Shown here piece by piece: positions 53,782 through 62,770 of a stretch of 64,000 nucleotides of DNA. The stretch's first letter is position 1; each line of letters begins with the position of its first letter. Source of the DNA: a virus; IMG/VR virus record IMGVR_UViG_3300005573_000057, positions 1 through 64,000 of that record; one strand, written 5' to 3'. The translations under genes were made by a program, and so were the position numbers. The notes under the pieces were generated by a model, which saw only the letters and a list, made by a program, of their open reading frames with translations, searched no databases and was not told the origin of the DNA.

Positions 53782-55932
53782 ATGCCCGCAGAAATAGAAG
53801 AACTAGAACAAAAAACAGGTCAAACCCAAAAACAAGTTCTCACTGTCACAGAACAGAAGGCGTCTTTGGCTAAGGCGACTCGTTCGCTCGAAATTGCCAA
53901 TCTTGAACTTAAACGTGCTCAAAAAGCATATGACAAGACTGCCGAAAAGTTGCAGGAGGATGCTACAGCTTCGTATCTCAATACTTCAAAAGAGATTGAA
54001 GATCTACAAAAACATGCTAGCGATAATGCTGCACGAATCCTGAAATTACTTGGAAAGACCCAAACCGAAACATTGAATGCTCAGGCCAAGAGCATTCTAT
54101 CGTTCTTTGAAAAGTCATACAATCCAACTGTCCTCCAAAAGATGCAAGACGATATTCTCAAGCGTTTTGAAGAACGACGCTTAGGTATATTCAAGCGTGG
54201 TACAGGTGGATTTGTTGACAGGGCCTTGACACGCCACGAGGATCGTTCGCAGTACGTCAAAGACATGAAGGCGACCGGACAGTACCAGGGATCGTCTACA
54301 GCCGAACTCAAGGCCCGCTATGACGCATCAATGGCATTGCAGCGCAAGCTGGACGCAGAGACCAAGAAACTTTTAGGTTTGCAGAATCGAGTTGGAGAAA
54401 AGGCCGCATCCCAATCCAAATTGTTCCAAAATGTTGCTGACCTGACGGAACGCTTGCGTGAGATTGATTCTCGGTTTGTTTCTGATAGTGAAAAACAAGA
54501 AGCCGAAACAGGAAAACTCGAAGCTCCCACTCCAATCAATGTCAAGGATTTTGCTCCAGATGTTGCAGCTAGAGTCGAAAAGGCCCAAGCTCGGGTTGAC
54601 AAGTTGAATGGCAAGAACAAAGAGACTCCAAAAGCAACCGAAAACACCGGCCCAAAACCAAAGTTTATTGAAAAAAACAAAAAGACTCCAAAAGCAACCG
54701 AAAACACCGGCCCCAAACCAGAATGGATTCACGAAAAGGCACCATCAAAAATTCTTCCGGCAACCGAAAAGAATGGGGTCATGGAAAATTACCTGAGTGG
54801 TATTCTGGCTGCTGCTACATCCATCGACACACGCCTCAAGAACCATTGGGTGACAACTGATGTAAAGAAGCAAGATGCGACTGCTGAGGGATTGATGGGT
54901 ACGTTTGGGGGTGGCGCAGTCAAAGGAATTGCTAGCGCACTCACAGGCGGGGTTGTTAATTTCCTCAAAGGTCTGGTTGGTGGCGGGACTGGTCTAGCAT
55001 CTGTATTTGGACGTGTGGCAGGGGTTGCAGCCGCTGGCGCTCAGTTGTATAGCAGCTACAAGAATTTCGACAAAGATACCAAGGATTCCGAAGGGAAACG
55101 ACTTTCACTATTCCAACACAAGAAAGGCGAAAGCATTCTTGATTCGCGTGCTGGGTACTACGGCAGGAATGCCTTAGCAGGCGGCGAAATCGGTCTACAG
55201 GTAGGCAGTATGTTCGGCCCGGTAGGATCGGCCATAGGCGCTGGTGTTGGCGCTCTAGGGGGTCTTGCATTCACATTCTTCCAAGACTACCACAAAGAAA
55301 TCATGGAGAAACTCAATTCTTGGAAAACAAGCATTGGGGGATTCTTCACGAATGTTGGGAGTGGAATCAAAAATCTCAGCGCCAGTGTGGTTGATCATGT
55401 AACCAAGTGGAAAACAAATGCCGAGACTATTTACAAAAATTCAACCGAGGAACTTCAAGGGTTGTTCGCCAAACTTCCAGATTCGGTCAAGAATATTGGA
55501 GTGACTTTGTTCAACCTTCTTACCGGGTTTCCAAAAATGTTTTGGAAAGGGATGAAGGATGCTGCTGGCGCTGTTGGTGGATTTGTCGAAAGTATCTGGA
55601 AAAAGATCGAATCCGTTGGAGAAACCAAATCCCCTATTCCGAAAGTAGCAGGTAAGCCATTTGAAATTAAAGCGCCTATCCCGAATCCAATTGCTCTCAA
55701 GACACAGATTCCTGAAATCGGGATTCAAAAAAAGAAAACAGCCCCAAACATCACACATAACCCTGTAAAAGAAAGACAAGAAAATACCACCAACGTTAAT
55801 ACCGTGGTGGCACCAAGCAACACAACCATCAATAACTCAAAAACTTCGGTTATTGGGCACTACGCTCTGCGTAATGATGATCATTCGATCAACAAGTTGT
55901 TGACGAGTCGGGATGTTGCCTTTTCAATTTGA
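53782..55932 (+). CDS. Tape measure-like baseplate hub protein (gp29 position)
   Basis: Long helical N-terminus, Gly/Ala-rich hydrophobic segments, N-rich VVAP.N.T.NNS end; follows gp26/gp51. Confidence 0.65.
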   Translation: MPAEIEELEQKTGQTQKQVLTVTEQKASLAKATRSLEIANLELKRAQKAYDKTAEKLQEDATASYLNTSKEIEDLQKHASDNAARILKLLGKTQTETLNAQAKSILSFFEKSYNPTVLQKMQDDILKRFEERRLGIFKRGTGGFVDRALTRHEDRSQYVKDMKATGQYQGSSTAELKARYDASMALQRKLDAETKKLLGLQNRVGEKAASQSKLFQNVADLTERLREIDSRFVSDSEKQEAETGKLEAPTPINVKDFAPDVAARVEKAQARVDKLNGKNKETPKATENTGPKPKFIEKNKKTPKATENTGPKPEWIHEKAPSKILPATEKNGVMENYLSGILAAATSIDTRLKNHWVTTDVKKQDATAEGLMGTFGGGAVKGIASALTGGVVNFLKGLVGGGTGLASVFGRVAGVAAAGAQLYSSYKNFDKDTKDSEGKRLSLFQHKKGESILDSRAGYYGRNALAGGEIGLQVGSMFGPVGSAIGAGVGALGGLAFTFFQDYHKEIMEKLNSWKTSIGGFFTNVGSGIKNLSASVVDHVTKWKTNAETIYKNSTEELQGLFAKLPDSVKNIGVTLFNLLTGFPKMFWKGMKDAAGAVGGFVESIWKKIESVGETKSPIPKVAGKPFEIKAPIPNPIALKTQIPEIGIQKKKTAPNITHNPVKERQENTTNVNTVVAPSNTTINNSKTSVIGHYALRNDDHSINKLLTSRDVAFSI
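54623..54720 (+). repeat. Near-identical 38-bp direct repeat with 60-bp period (TPKATENTGPKP)
   Basis: AGACTCCAAAAGCAACCGAAAACACCGGCCC twice. Confidence 0.85.
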
Positions 55933-56221
55933 AATCTATACCAAAGCTTTCTGTTTTTTTATCCTGTTTTCTTTTATAATATAAAATCAAGCTAATGTAT
56001 ATGATATTAGCAATCAAAAGAATGATCGCTGCACAAAAACTAAACCATTGATGCAAATGGGGGTAAAAGAACAAGTTCCAGATTGACCACCCAAAAAAGA
56101 ACAAATTAGTAATTACACTGAACCCCGCTACCATCTTGTGTTTAAGGATGACACGCACGTTGTTCAGAGTGAACCCAGCACCGGCAAGATTGAATGCTGC
56201 GTTGACTAGATCGGGAATCAT
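55889..56221 (-). CDS. Small multi-TM membrane protein
   Basis: Three hydrophobic segments; WGXWNLFFYP-like motif. Confidence 0.65.
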   Translation of the reverse strand: MIPDLVNAAFNLAGAGFTLNNVRVILKHKMVAGFSVITNLFFFGWSIWNLFFYPHLHQWFSFCAAIILLIANIIYISLILYYKRKQDKKTESFGIDFKLKRQHPDSSTTC

Positions 56222-56418
56222 TCTTGGTTATGCTGTGGCAACCACCCAGCACGTAGTAGATAGTCTTTGTGATCCAACAAAATTTCGGTGAGACTTCCAT
56301 ACCACGGCCCAACATGGGCGCAGCGACCACTGTCGTTTATGTCGAAATGCCCCCAGCCAGAACCCTTCACATGCTTTAACACGATTCCGGTTTCGTTTGT
56401 ATATTGTGTCTTTTTCAT
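56218..56418 (-). CDS. Hypothetical protein
   Basis: Coupled ORF in an early operon. Confidence 0.55.
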   Translation of the reverse strand: MKKTQYTNETGIVLKHVKGSGWGHFDINDSGRCAHVGPWYGSLTEILLDHKDYLLRAGWLPQHNQE

Positions 56419-56421
56419 GAT

Positions 56422-56610
56422 TTACGCCATCAGTTCATTGAAGAATTCGCGGGCAATTTCCTTACAGCCAAGAATATCATCAGCATGGCCGATGCACAAT
56501 CCAGCATCAATAATGGGTTGGCTATAACAATCATAGCCATCATCGACCTTTTGTGCCCAGACGGAATAACCAAGATCCGCATGACTCGCTATCTTCGCCA
56601 TCTTGTTCAT
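56422..56610 (-). CDS. Early hypothetical protein behind a cassette-type leader
   Basis: Starts MNK after GATAAGGAGTTGGTCATG. Confidence 0.7.
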   Translation of the reverse strand: MNKMAKIASHADLGYSVWAQKVDDGYDCYSQPIIDAGLCIGHADDILGCKEIAREFFNELMA

Positions 56611-56680
56611 GACCAACTCCTTATCAATGTTTACAACTGAATTATAGACCACCAATAGCAAAAGTCAAGAAAAAATTTTC
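56608..56680 (-). repeat. Conserved junction, copy 7
   Basis: AAAATTTTTTCTTGACT-N16-TATAATTCAGTTGTAAACATTGATAAGGAGTTGGTCATG. Confidence 0.9.
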
Positions 56681-57429
56681 TTGTTTTCGGCGACCCAAGC
56701 ATCCCCGAAGATCCAAGCATCCTCGGAGACATGAGCATCCCCGAATACCCGAGCATCCCCATAGACCCGAGCATTTCCATAGACCCGAGCATCCCCAAAT
56801 ACCAGAGTATCACCAGAGACCCTAGCAGTATCGTAGACCCGAGAATTCCCGAAGATCAGAGCATTCTCGAAGACCCAAGCATTTCCGAATACTTCAACCA
56901 TTCCATAAACCTGAGCATAACCATACACCCGAACATGCCCATAGACCCGAGCATATCTAAACACATAAGCATCCTCATAAACCTGAGAATCACCGAAGAC
57001 TTGAGCATTCCCATAGATACGAGCATCATCGAAAATCCGAGCATTCCCGTAGACACGAGCATCCTCATAAACCCGAGCATTTCCGTAGACACGAGAATGC
57101 TCGGAGACATGAGCATGCTCGTAGACCTGAGCATTCCCATAGACCCAAGCATCCCAAAAGACCCGAGCATCACAAAAGACCTGAGCATTCCCAAAGACAC
57201 GAGACTCCCCGAAGACCCGAGCATCATCGAAAATCCGAGCATTCTCGTAGACCCAGGCATCGTCATAGACCCAGCAGGTTCCATCTTGGCTCAAATTTTG
57301 TTCTGATTCAATATAGCCGCCCGTTTCGCCTGCACGAACACCGGGTAAATCGCGCAAAGCGCGGATACGGTAAAGGATGTGGCCATCGACTTCAACAGAA
57401 TCATCTTTCAACAATTCGTACTTGTTCAT
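56665..57429 (-). CDS. Hexapeptide-repeat protein, paralog C1, 254 aa
   Basis: Head variant RDLPGVRAG; ends KIFS in the junction. Confidence 0.9.
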   Translation of the reverse strand: MNKYELLKDDSVEVDGHILYRIRALRDLPGVRAGETGGYIESEQNLSQDGTCWVYDDAWVYENARIFDDARVFGESRVFGNAQVFCDARVFWDAWVYGNAQVYEHAHVSEHSRVYGNARVYEDARVYGNARIFDDARIYGNAQVFGDSQVYEDAYVFRYARVYGHVRVYGYAQVYGMVEVFGNAWVFENALIFGNSRVYDTARVSGDTLVFGDARVYGNARVYGDARVFGDAHVSEDAWIFGDAWVAENKKIFS

Positions 57430-58031
57430 AGCAAATCCCCATTCTGTATATCATAGACCTTAGCATCGCCATAGACTTCCGAATCGCCATAGACTTGCAC
57501 ATCGCCATAGACTTGCGCATAACCATAGATCTTGGAATGCCCATGGACCCAAGAATCCCCAAAGACATGAGCATTGTCGAAGACCTGAGCATCCTCGGAG
57601 ACTTGGGCACTGCCGTAGACACGAGCAAACCCAGCAACCAAAGCATAACCGGATACCAGAGAATCACCGTAGACTAGAGCACCCCCGCAAATCCGAGCTT
57701 TCCCACTGACTCCAGCGTTCTCGTAGACCTGAGCATTCTCGTAGACCTGAGCATGCCCATAGACCCGAGCATTCCCATAAATTTGAGAATTCCCAAAGAC
57801 CCGAGCATTTCCATAGATTCGAGCATCCCAAAAGACTATAGCATTTTCATAAACCCAAGCGTTCACCAAAACCCAACAGTTTCCATTTTGACTCAGGTTC
57901 TTTTCGGATTCAATATAGCCGCCTTTGTCGCCTGCGCGAACACCGGGTAAATCGCGTAAAGCGCGGATACGGTAAAGAACGCGACCATCGGCTTCAACAG
58001 TGTCATCTTCCAAGAGTTCATACTTTTTCAT
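57426..58031 (-). CDS. Hexapeptide-repeat protein, paralog C2, 201 aa
   Basis: Head variant RDLPGVRAG; AAGGA RBS; ATGA-coupled to C1 without the junction. Confidence 0.9.
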   Translation of the reverse strand: MKKYELLEDDTVEADGRVLYRIRALRDLPGVRAGDKGGYIESEKNLSQNGNCWVLVNAWVYENAIVFWDARIYGNARVFGNSQIYGNARVYGHAQVYENAQVYENAGVSGKARICGGALVYGDSLVSGYALVAGFARVYGSAQVSEDAQVFDNAHVFGDSWVHGHSKIYGYAQVYGDVQVYGDSEVYGDAKVYDIQNGDLL

Positions 58032-58438
58032 GGAAATTTCCTTGAGATTGTGTAAGATTCGGAAACCAATTTTTTGAGGCGGGAAGGAGAAAAGGCCCTC
58101 CAACCATTTGCATACAAATCGAAATACTTGATTACTGTGATTGGACGCTTTTCAAGTTCGGCCTCTTTTTCACTTGGAACCCATCCAGAAGCTTCAATCG
58201 TTTCCTTCTTGAAAGTTCCGTTCATGACGCGCAACTCACCATCTTTCTTGATGTACTCCCCACTGAAATTCGATTGATTTGGCTTCAATGTGTCATTAAC
58301 GAACCGAGCTAACCCAGCTTCCGTCAACAAAGTTGTCACCGAAATTCCAAATTTGGGATCATTCAGATTCAAAGTGTAAATTTCTTGCTCGTCGTCAAGC
58401 TTCGAATACCGATCTTCAACCTTATCATCTTCCATCAT
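58028..58438 (-). CDS. WYL_2/DUF2693-like Sm-fold protein
   Basis: YIKKDGELR.M.GT...YFDL...GWRAF. Confidence 0.6.
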   Translation of the reverse strand: MMEDDKVEDRYSKLDDEQEIYTLNLNDPKFGISVTTLLTEAGLARFVNDTLKPNQSNFSGEYIKKDGELRVMNGTFKKETIEASGWVPSEKEAELEKRPITVIKYFDLYANGWRAFSPSRLKKLVSESYTISRKFP

Positions 58439-59184
58439 TGCTCTCCAAGAATTTGATTCCATCTGCTATGAAGCATTGTAGCATAGGTGTACTGTGAAAT
58501 GCTATTCTTAGGGTAATAACCAAGCGCCCATGCATCATTGATTTCGATGAACAAAATGCGCCCGTTTTCTAACAACCCAATATCCAATCCATAGGATACT
58601 GGCATCTTTCTGTCAGTGAATTCGCGGTTCAGTTCTAAAAGGAATGGTGTTACATCATTAGCAGAAAACGGAAATTCTGCTTCATTGTCATCATATCGAG
58701 TATAGCCTTGCAACTCTCCATCCATGATATAGCAACGCCATTCGGCCACAAATTTGATAGGCTTCTGAAACCAAACCAACGGGTTCTTTCGGTACAAATC
58801 CATCCTGTAGGGATCTACTCCAATGATATGCGGTTCAAATTCCTTGGTGTGAAATGGTTTGACCCACATTTTTTCTGGAACTTCACTGTAAAAGCAAAGT
58901 TCCACTTCACGACCCATCAAATGATGAACGTAGCCTTGGCGACGAAAACACAAGGGATAGTCGATTGGCCGGGGGATTTGTATATCACATTTTTCCATCC
59001 ATGCTTTACAAAATTCAACAGTCCCAACAGGAGTGAATTCTTTTCTGGGATCTTCCCCATCCCGAACATCACTCAATGACGCAAATTTGACAAGAATATC
59101 GTCACGCAAGTATGAAGCAGTAATCACCGCATTTTTCTCCGCACGACAAACATTATCCTTTTGCAGTATGAATTCCATAGTCAT
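58435..59184 (-). CDS. ATP-grasp domain protein (DUF4343-like)
   Basis: PVGTVEF, DYP, WVKP...K.F, F.AEWRCYI, DIG, IE.NDAWALG.Y. Confidence 0.8.
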   Translation of the reverse strand: MTMEFILQKDNVCRAEKNAVITASYLRDDILVKFASLSDVRDGEDPRKEFTPVGTVEFCKAWMEKCDIQIPRPIDYPLCFRRQGYVHHLMGREVELCFYSEVPEKMWVKPFHTKEFEPHIIGVDPYRMDLYRKNPLVWFQKPIKFVAEWRCYIMDGELQGYTRYDDNEAEFPFSANDVTPFLLELNREFTDRKMPVSYGLDIGLLENGRILFIEINDAWALGYYPKNSISQYTYATMLHSRWNQILGEQ

Positions 59185-59194
59185 ATGATTTCAA

Positions 59195-59518
59195 TTATAC
59201 ATCGACCTCAATGACATTGATCTTAAAATTGTAAAAATCTTCCTCACTGAGCTTCGCAACATCATCATAATTTTCTGTTGCTACACATTGAAGCTTTCCT
59301 TGGTCAGACCAAGTTGCAATGTAAAGATTTACCTTTTCTGGTTTGATTCGATATTGAAACTCAACAAAATGAAAAGCAGGATTGTAACAATCCGACCATT
59401 GTCCAATTCTTTTATCAAAAAATTGTATTTGTTCTCCATTGACAAAAGCTTCTACAATTTTTAACTTAGATGGATCGTTTGCCAAATCAAGAACAAATTT
59501 CGCTTCTGTTCGGTTCAT
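59195..59518 (-). CDS. Hypothetical protein
   Basis: GGAGA RBS; AF..G..IQ...W.D...P.F...YRIKP. Confidence 0.6.
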   Translation of the reverse strand: MNRTEAKFVLDLANDPSKLKIVEAFVNGEQIQFFDKRIGQWSDCYNPAFHFVEFQYRIKPEKVNLYIATWSDQGKLQCVATENYDDVAKLSEEDFYNFKINVIEVDV

Positions 59519-59574
59519 ATTTATCTCCAGTAAAAGTTGATTCTGACTTGCTTGTTGCAACATCAGGATCTAAA

Positions 59575-60459
59575 TTAGTCCAAGATTTTTCGCATGAATG
59601 CCAAGCGATCTTGTTCTCCCATCCATACGAATTCTGATGCACGTTCCTCAATTTGTTCAATGAGAGGAACAAATCTAAAGTCGTGTATCAATTCTCGGAT
59701 TGTACCATCTTTCAGTTTGTTTATCAATCGTCCCGACTTCATCCTGGCCAACTTTTTCAAAATCAGGTAGTACGGAGTCTTAAGCTTGAGAGCGTTTCCT
59801 TTCGAATCATACGCAACATAGCCTTCGTAACGCATGGAATCGGCCTCTCTAATAAAATCACCCCATTTACCACTTAAAATAACAGGGGAAAACACATTGT
59901 CGATTTCAAACGGGTTATAGATGTATTCACCACTTTGAATGTTTCGCTTACCCAAATAGTGTACCCCATCTGTTTCAACGATGATGTGAGGATCAATCTT
60001 GCTACACACTTCAAATAGGTAAGTCCATCCTTCTTTCAATTGATCTTCACAAATATAACACTTCAAATATTTCTCTGCCAGATTTGCATAATCGCTATCC
60101 AAAGATCCAGTTGTCGAAACAAGGAGTTTCCCTTGATACATTGTTGCTGCTGCCATGAACCCATTGACTTTTCTGACAACAGATACGGGTTCGTCATAAT
60201 GAAAATCCACCGGAGAAACGCCGTTGTTTGACTCACCGCGATTGAACATCTTCTTGAATGGGCGAGACACGATGTTGAAGTCTTGATCAATCACAAGTCC
60301 ACGAATCTCAACAAGGATTTCATCCCAAATGCAATTCCACATGGCCGCATTTTTGTATTTGAGAACACTCAGACCAGGGTATCGTTTCGAATGGTTAGCC
60401 CTTACCAATTTTGGATGGTCTTGGACATATTTCTTGAGAATTTCTGGAGTTAGATTCAT
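59575..60459 (-). CDS. T4 Rnl1-like RNA ligase
   Basis: E.RGLV...SRPF.KMFN.GE, KVNG motif I, FE, EGYV, KLKT.YY. Confidence 0.85.
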   Translation of the reverse strand: MNLTPEILKKYVQDHPKLVRANHSKRYPGLSVLKYKNAAMWNCIWDEILVEIRGLVIDQDFNIVSRPFKKMFNRGESNNGVSPVDFHYDEPVSVVRKVNGFMAAATMYQGKLLVSTTGSLDSDYANLAEKYLKCYICEDQLKEGWTYLFEVCSKIDPHIIVETDGVHYLGKRNIQSGEYIYNPFEIDNVFSPVILSGKWGDFIREADSMRYEGYVAYDSKGNALKLKTPYYLILKKLARMKSGRLINKLKDGTIRELIHDFRFVPLIEQIEERASEFVWMGEQDRLAFMRKILD

Positions 60460-61412
60460 GATGCTTCCCTGAATTCGCCGTTTTCATCAAGCGTGTAGTA
60501 AACGTTTGGCTTGATACCGTTTTCCCCAACTTTGCTGGCCCGGATATGACGAATTTTACCACAATCATCATAATTAACCAAAACAATTGCTCCGGTAATT
60601 TCGGACTTTGCTTTTGAAAACCCCCCAAAAGATGCTGCAATTCCATTTTTACCACTGTTGATGGCTGTGCCGTTATAGGCATTATTGATGGCTGCGCCTC
60701 TATCCCCACTATTGATGGCTGTACCTCTATGGCCGCTATTGGTAGCTGCGCCCGCATAACCCCTATTGCTGGCTGCGCCCGAAGTACCAGTATTAGTGGC
60801 TGCGCCTTCATAACCATCGTTGCTGGCTGCGCCCTCATAGCCACTGTTGGTAGCTGCGCCTCTGTCCCCACTGTTGGTGGCTGCGCCTCTGACCCCACTG
60901 TTGGTGGCTGCGCCTTTATAACCATTATTGCTTGCTGCGCCGTTTTCGCCACTGTTGGTGGCTGCGCCAATGATCCCGGTGTTGGTGGCTGCGCCTCTTT
61001 CACCATTATTGGTAGCTGTGTACCCAAAGTCCCAATTGATAGCTACGCCATTTTTACTACTATTGATTGATCCCATTTCACTAAAATCACATCTATTTTT
61101 TGTATATGAAACTGCTGCATTGATAAGATCCGACAAATCGAGTGTTTCGACAACACGAATCGAAGAACTTACTGTCTTCGAGTCAAAGCTATGATCTTTT
61201 TCAATCTCCCCCGATTGTTCAACACGAGCAAACAAACTATCAGATGGATTGTAATAATTAAAAACATCAAGTGGATACTCGCATGCGTGGAACCCCGATT
61301 TGCAAGGAATAATTTCTCCTTCGTGATGGTACGTCTTTCCAACTTCATATTGAAAGCCAAAACATTGCATATTGCTATTAAACCCTTTATAACCAATGAT
61401 CTTTTTCATCAT
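60456..61412 (-). CDS. Phage protein with conserved head, 11-aa GAA(T/S)N(S/T)G repeats and conserved tail
   Basis: YKGF....C.GFQYEVG..Y...C.SGFHACE.PLDVF.YY; repeats; VG.NGIKPN.YY.L...GEF. Confidence 0.8.
   Translation of the reverse strand: MMKKIIGYKGFNSNMQCFGFQYEVGKTYHHEGEIIPCKSGFHACEYPLDVFNYYNPSDSLFARVEQSGEIEKDHSFDSKTVSSSIRVVETLDLSDLINAAVSYTKNRCDFSEMGSINSSKNGVAINWDFGYTATNNGERGAATNTGIIGAATNSGENGAASNNGYKGAATNSGVRGAATNSGDRGAATNSGYEGAASNDGYEGAATNTGTSGAASNRGYAGAATNSGHRGTAINSGDRGAAINNAYNGTAINSGKNGIAASFGGFSKAKSEITGAIVLVNYDDCGKIRHIRASKVGENGIKPNVYYTLDENGEFREAS
60640..61020 (-). repeat. 33-bp coding tandem repeat
   Basis: Repeated GGCGCAGCCACCAACAGTGG. Confidence 0.85.
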
Positions 61413-61678
61413 TTTCTGCCTTCTGCGACTGAACGCGCCGTTGCATAGAGAGGATTAGTTTCAAACAGAACAACTTTTCCCCTTTCGAAATAGTCTGTAA
61501 TTATGTCTGTGTTGTTTATGTAGTCGCCAGATCCGGCAAACACCTTTCCCAACGCACCATCGTAGTCTTTGGCGTAGATAGTGACGCACTTCCGACCGTC
61601 GATACGGTTATCGAGCGAGTAGAAAACACGCGCAGAGTTTTCGCCGTTTTTGACACAAAATTTGAGAAATTTGATCAT
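61409..61678 (-). CDS. Early hypothetical protein
   Basis: AGGAG RBS; TTGACA-N16-TATACT at 61709-61736. Confidence 0.7.
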   Translation of the reverse strand: MIKFLKFCVKNGENSARVFYSLDNRIDGRKCVTIYAKDYDGALGKVFAGSGDYINNTDIITDYFERGKVVLFETNPLYATARSVAEGRK

Positions 61679-61740
61679 GATGAAATCTCCTATCAAACAC
61701 ACGCCTATAGTATACCACCAAAATTTCGCTTGTCAAGCAC

Positions 61741-62217
61741 TTATTGATCTACATCCGACTCGTAAAACTTAAGCAAGTCGTTGACTTGCTCAACAAATTT
61801 GTCATGAGGAACCATTTTTTGACGCATTCTGTTCATCGTTTCAACCGGAACACCATGAATACTTCCATAGTCGCCAGTGACAGTCAAAACCTCTACATGA
61901 TAGCCAAAAGACGCAGCAAATCGAATGTAAGAATCAATTTCTTTGATTGTTAGACTGGTGTTAGACAACACTACCCAATCCACATCGTTTTTCATATCAT
62001 CTAGTACAGCAATCTGATTCTGATTATGATACAAACCAAGCTTGCTTGCATCAAACTCATACTTTCCATCATTCATGAAATACATATCGGTTTCACGAAT
62101 CTGGATGCTGTAGCCACGTAGAGCCGATATGCGGGCTAAATCATGGGAAAGCGTGGACTTCCCACTTCCGGGGAGACCACGAATAATGATGAAAGTTTTC
62201 TTTGGGAAATCGTACAT
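61741..62217 (-). CDS. P-loop kinase (AAA_33 / polynucleotide kinase-like)
   Basis: IIRGLPGSGKST, D.YF..G.Y.FD, SNT, HGVP. Confidence 0.85.
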   Translation of the reverse strand: MYDFPKKTFIIIRGLPGSGKSTLSHDLARISALRGYSIQIRETDMYFMNDGKYEFDASKLGLYHNQNQIAVLDDMKNDVDWVVLSNTSLTIKEIDSYIRFAASFGYHVEVLTVTGDYGSIHGVPVETMNRMRQKMVPHDKFVEQVNDLLKFYESDVDQ

Positions 62218-62232
62218 GACCAACACTCCTTC

Positions 62233-62410
62233 ACGCGAATTGTACACAACAGTTGACATCCTCCCCTCCCTAAAGAAAGGGGATTCCTACGGCGTTTAGC
62301 ACAAAATATGCCAAATCGCTTCGGTGGGTTCCTGCTTCGCAGAACGGCCTTGATGCACCGATTCTCCACAGGCTAACCGGGCGTGTCCCGCCCTTAAAAC
62401 TTACAACTAG
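62233..62410 (-). ncRNA. Putative TnpB omegaRNA (reRNA) with 3' guide CTGTTGTGTACAATTCGCGT
   Basis: Scaffold corresponds to the tnpB 3' end/RE; preceded by TTGCTT-N17-TATAAT (62416-62444). Confidence 0.6.
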
Positions 62411-62508
62411 ACCTTATTATACTTGCTCTATGATTCAAAAGCAACAACAGATTTGTCGTTTGTGTTATTGACCACGCTATGAATGGCGGGGTCTGTCGCC
62501 CAACGAAG
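62253..62508 (-). mobile_element. 256-bp non-autonomous IS605-family element retaining LE, promoter, omegaRNA and RE but no TnpB core
   Basis: TTGAT immediately before the LE; LE hairpin GACCCCGCCATTCATAGCGTGGTC; tnpB C-terminal VLRAGHARLACGE...; RE GGAATCCCCTTTCTTTAGGGAGGGGAGGATGTCAA. Confidence 0.85.
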
Positions 62509-62585
62509 ATCAACCAATTTCAACGCTTTGGACAATTGACTCACGATTTTTCCTCGAATCCCGGCACGAAGACCGGGATAATTGA

Positions 62586-62744
62586 TTATTGCTGTTTGAC
62601 CCAATCCATAGCAGCAGATTCCGTATCGAATCGGTCAGACGTTTTGTTCAAAAACGCATGTTTTGCATAGAAATAGCCGTGTTCCTTGATAACCTTCCAG
62701 ACTTTTTGTGAATTAACGCGCTTAATGGTTTGTAGTGAGTGCAT
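62586..62744 (-). CDS. Small hypothetical protein
   Basis: AAAGGA RBS before MHSLQT. Confidence 0.5.
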   Translation of the reverse strand: MHSLQTIKRVNSQKVWKVIKEHGYFYAKHAFLNKTSDRFDTESAAMDWVKQQ

Positions 62745-62770
62745 AATGTTTCCTTTGGTAAATGAGATAG

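Noticed and set aside
56731-57306. Antisense and alternative-frame ORFs over the hexapeptide genes (also 43418-43828, 43491-43946, 44021-44359)
   Set aside because: By-products of 18-bp periodicity lacking stop codons; no RBS or promoter
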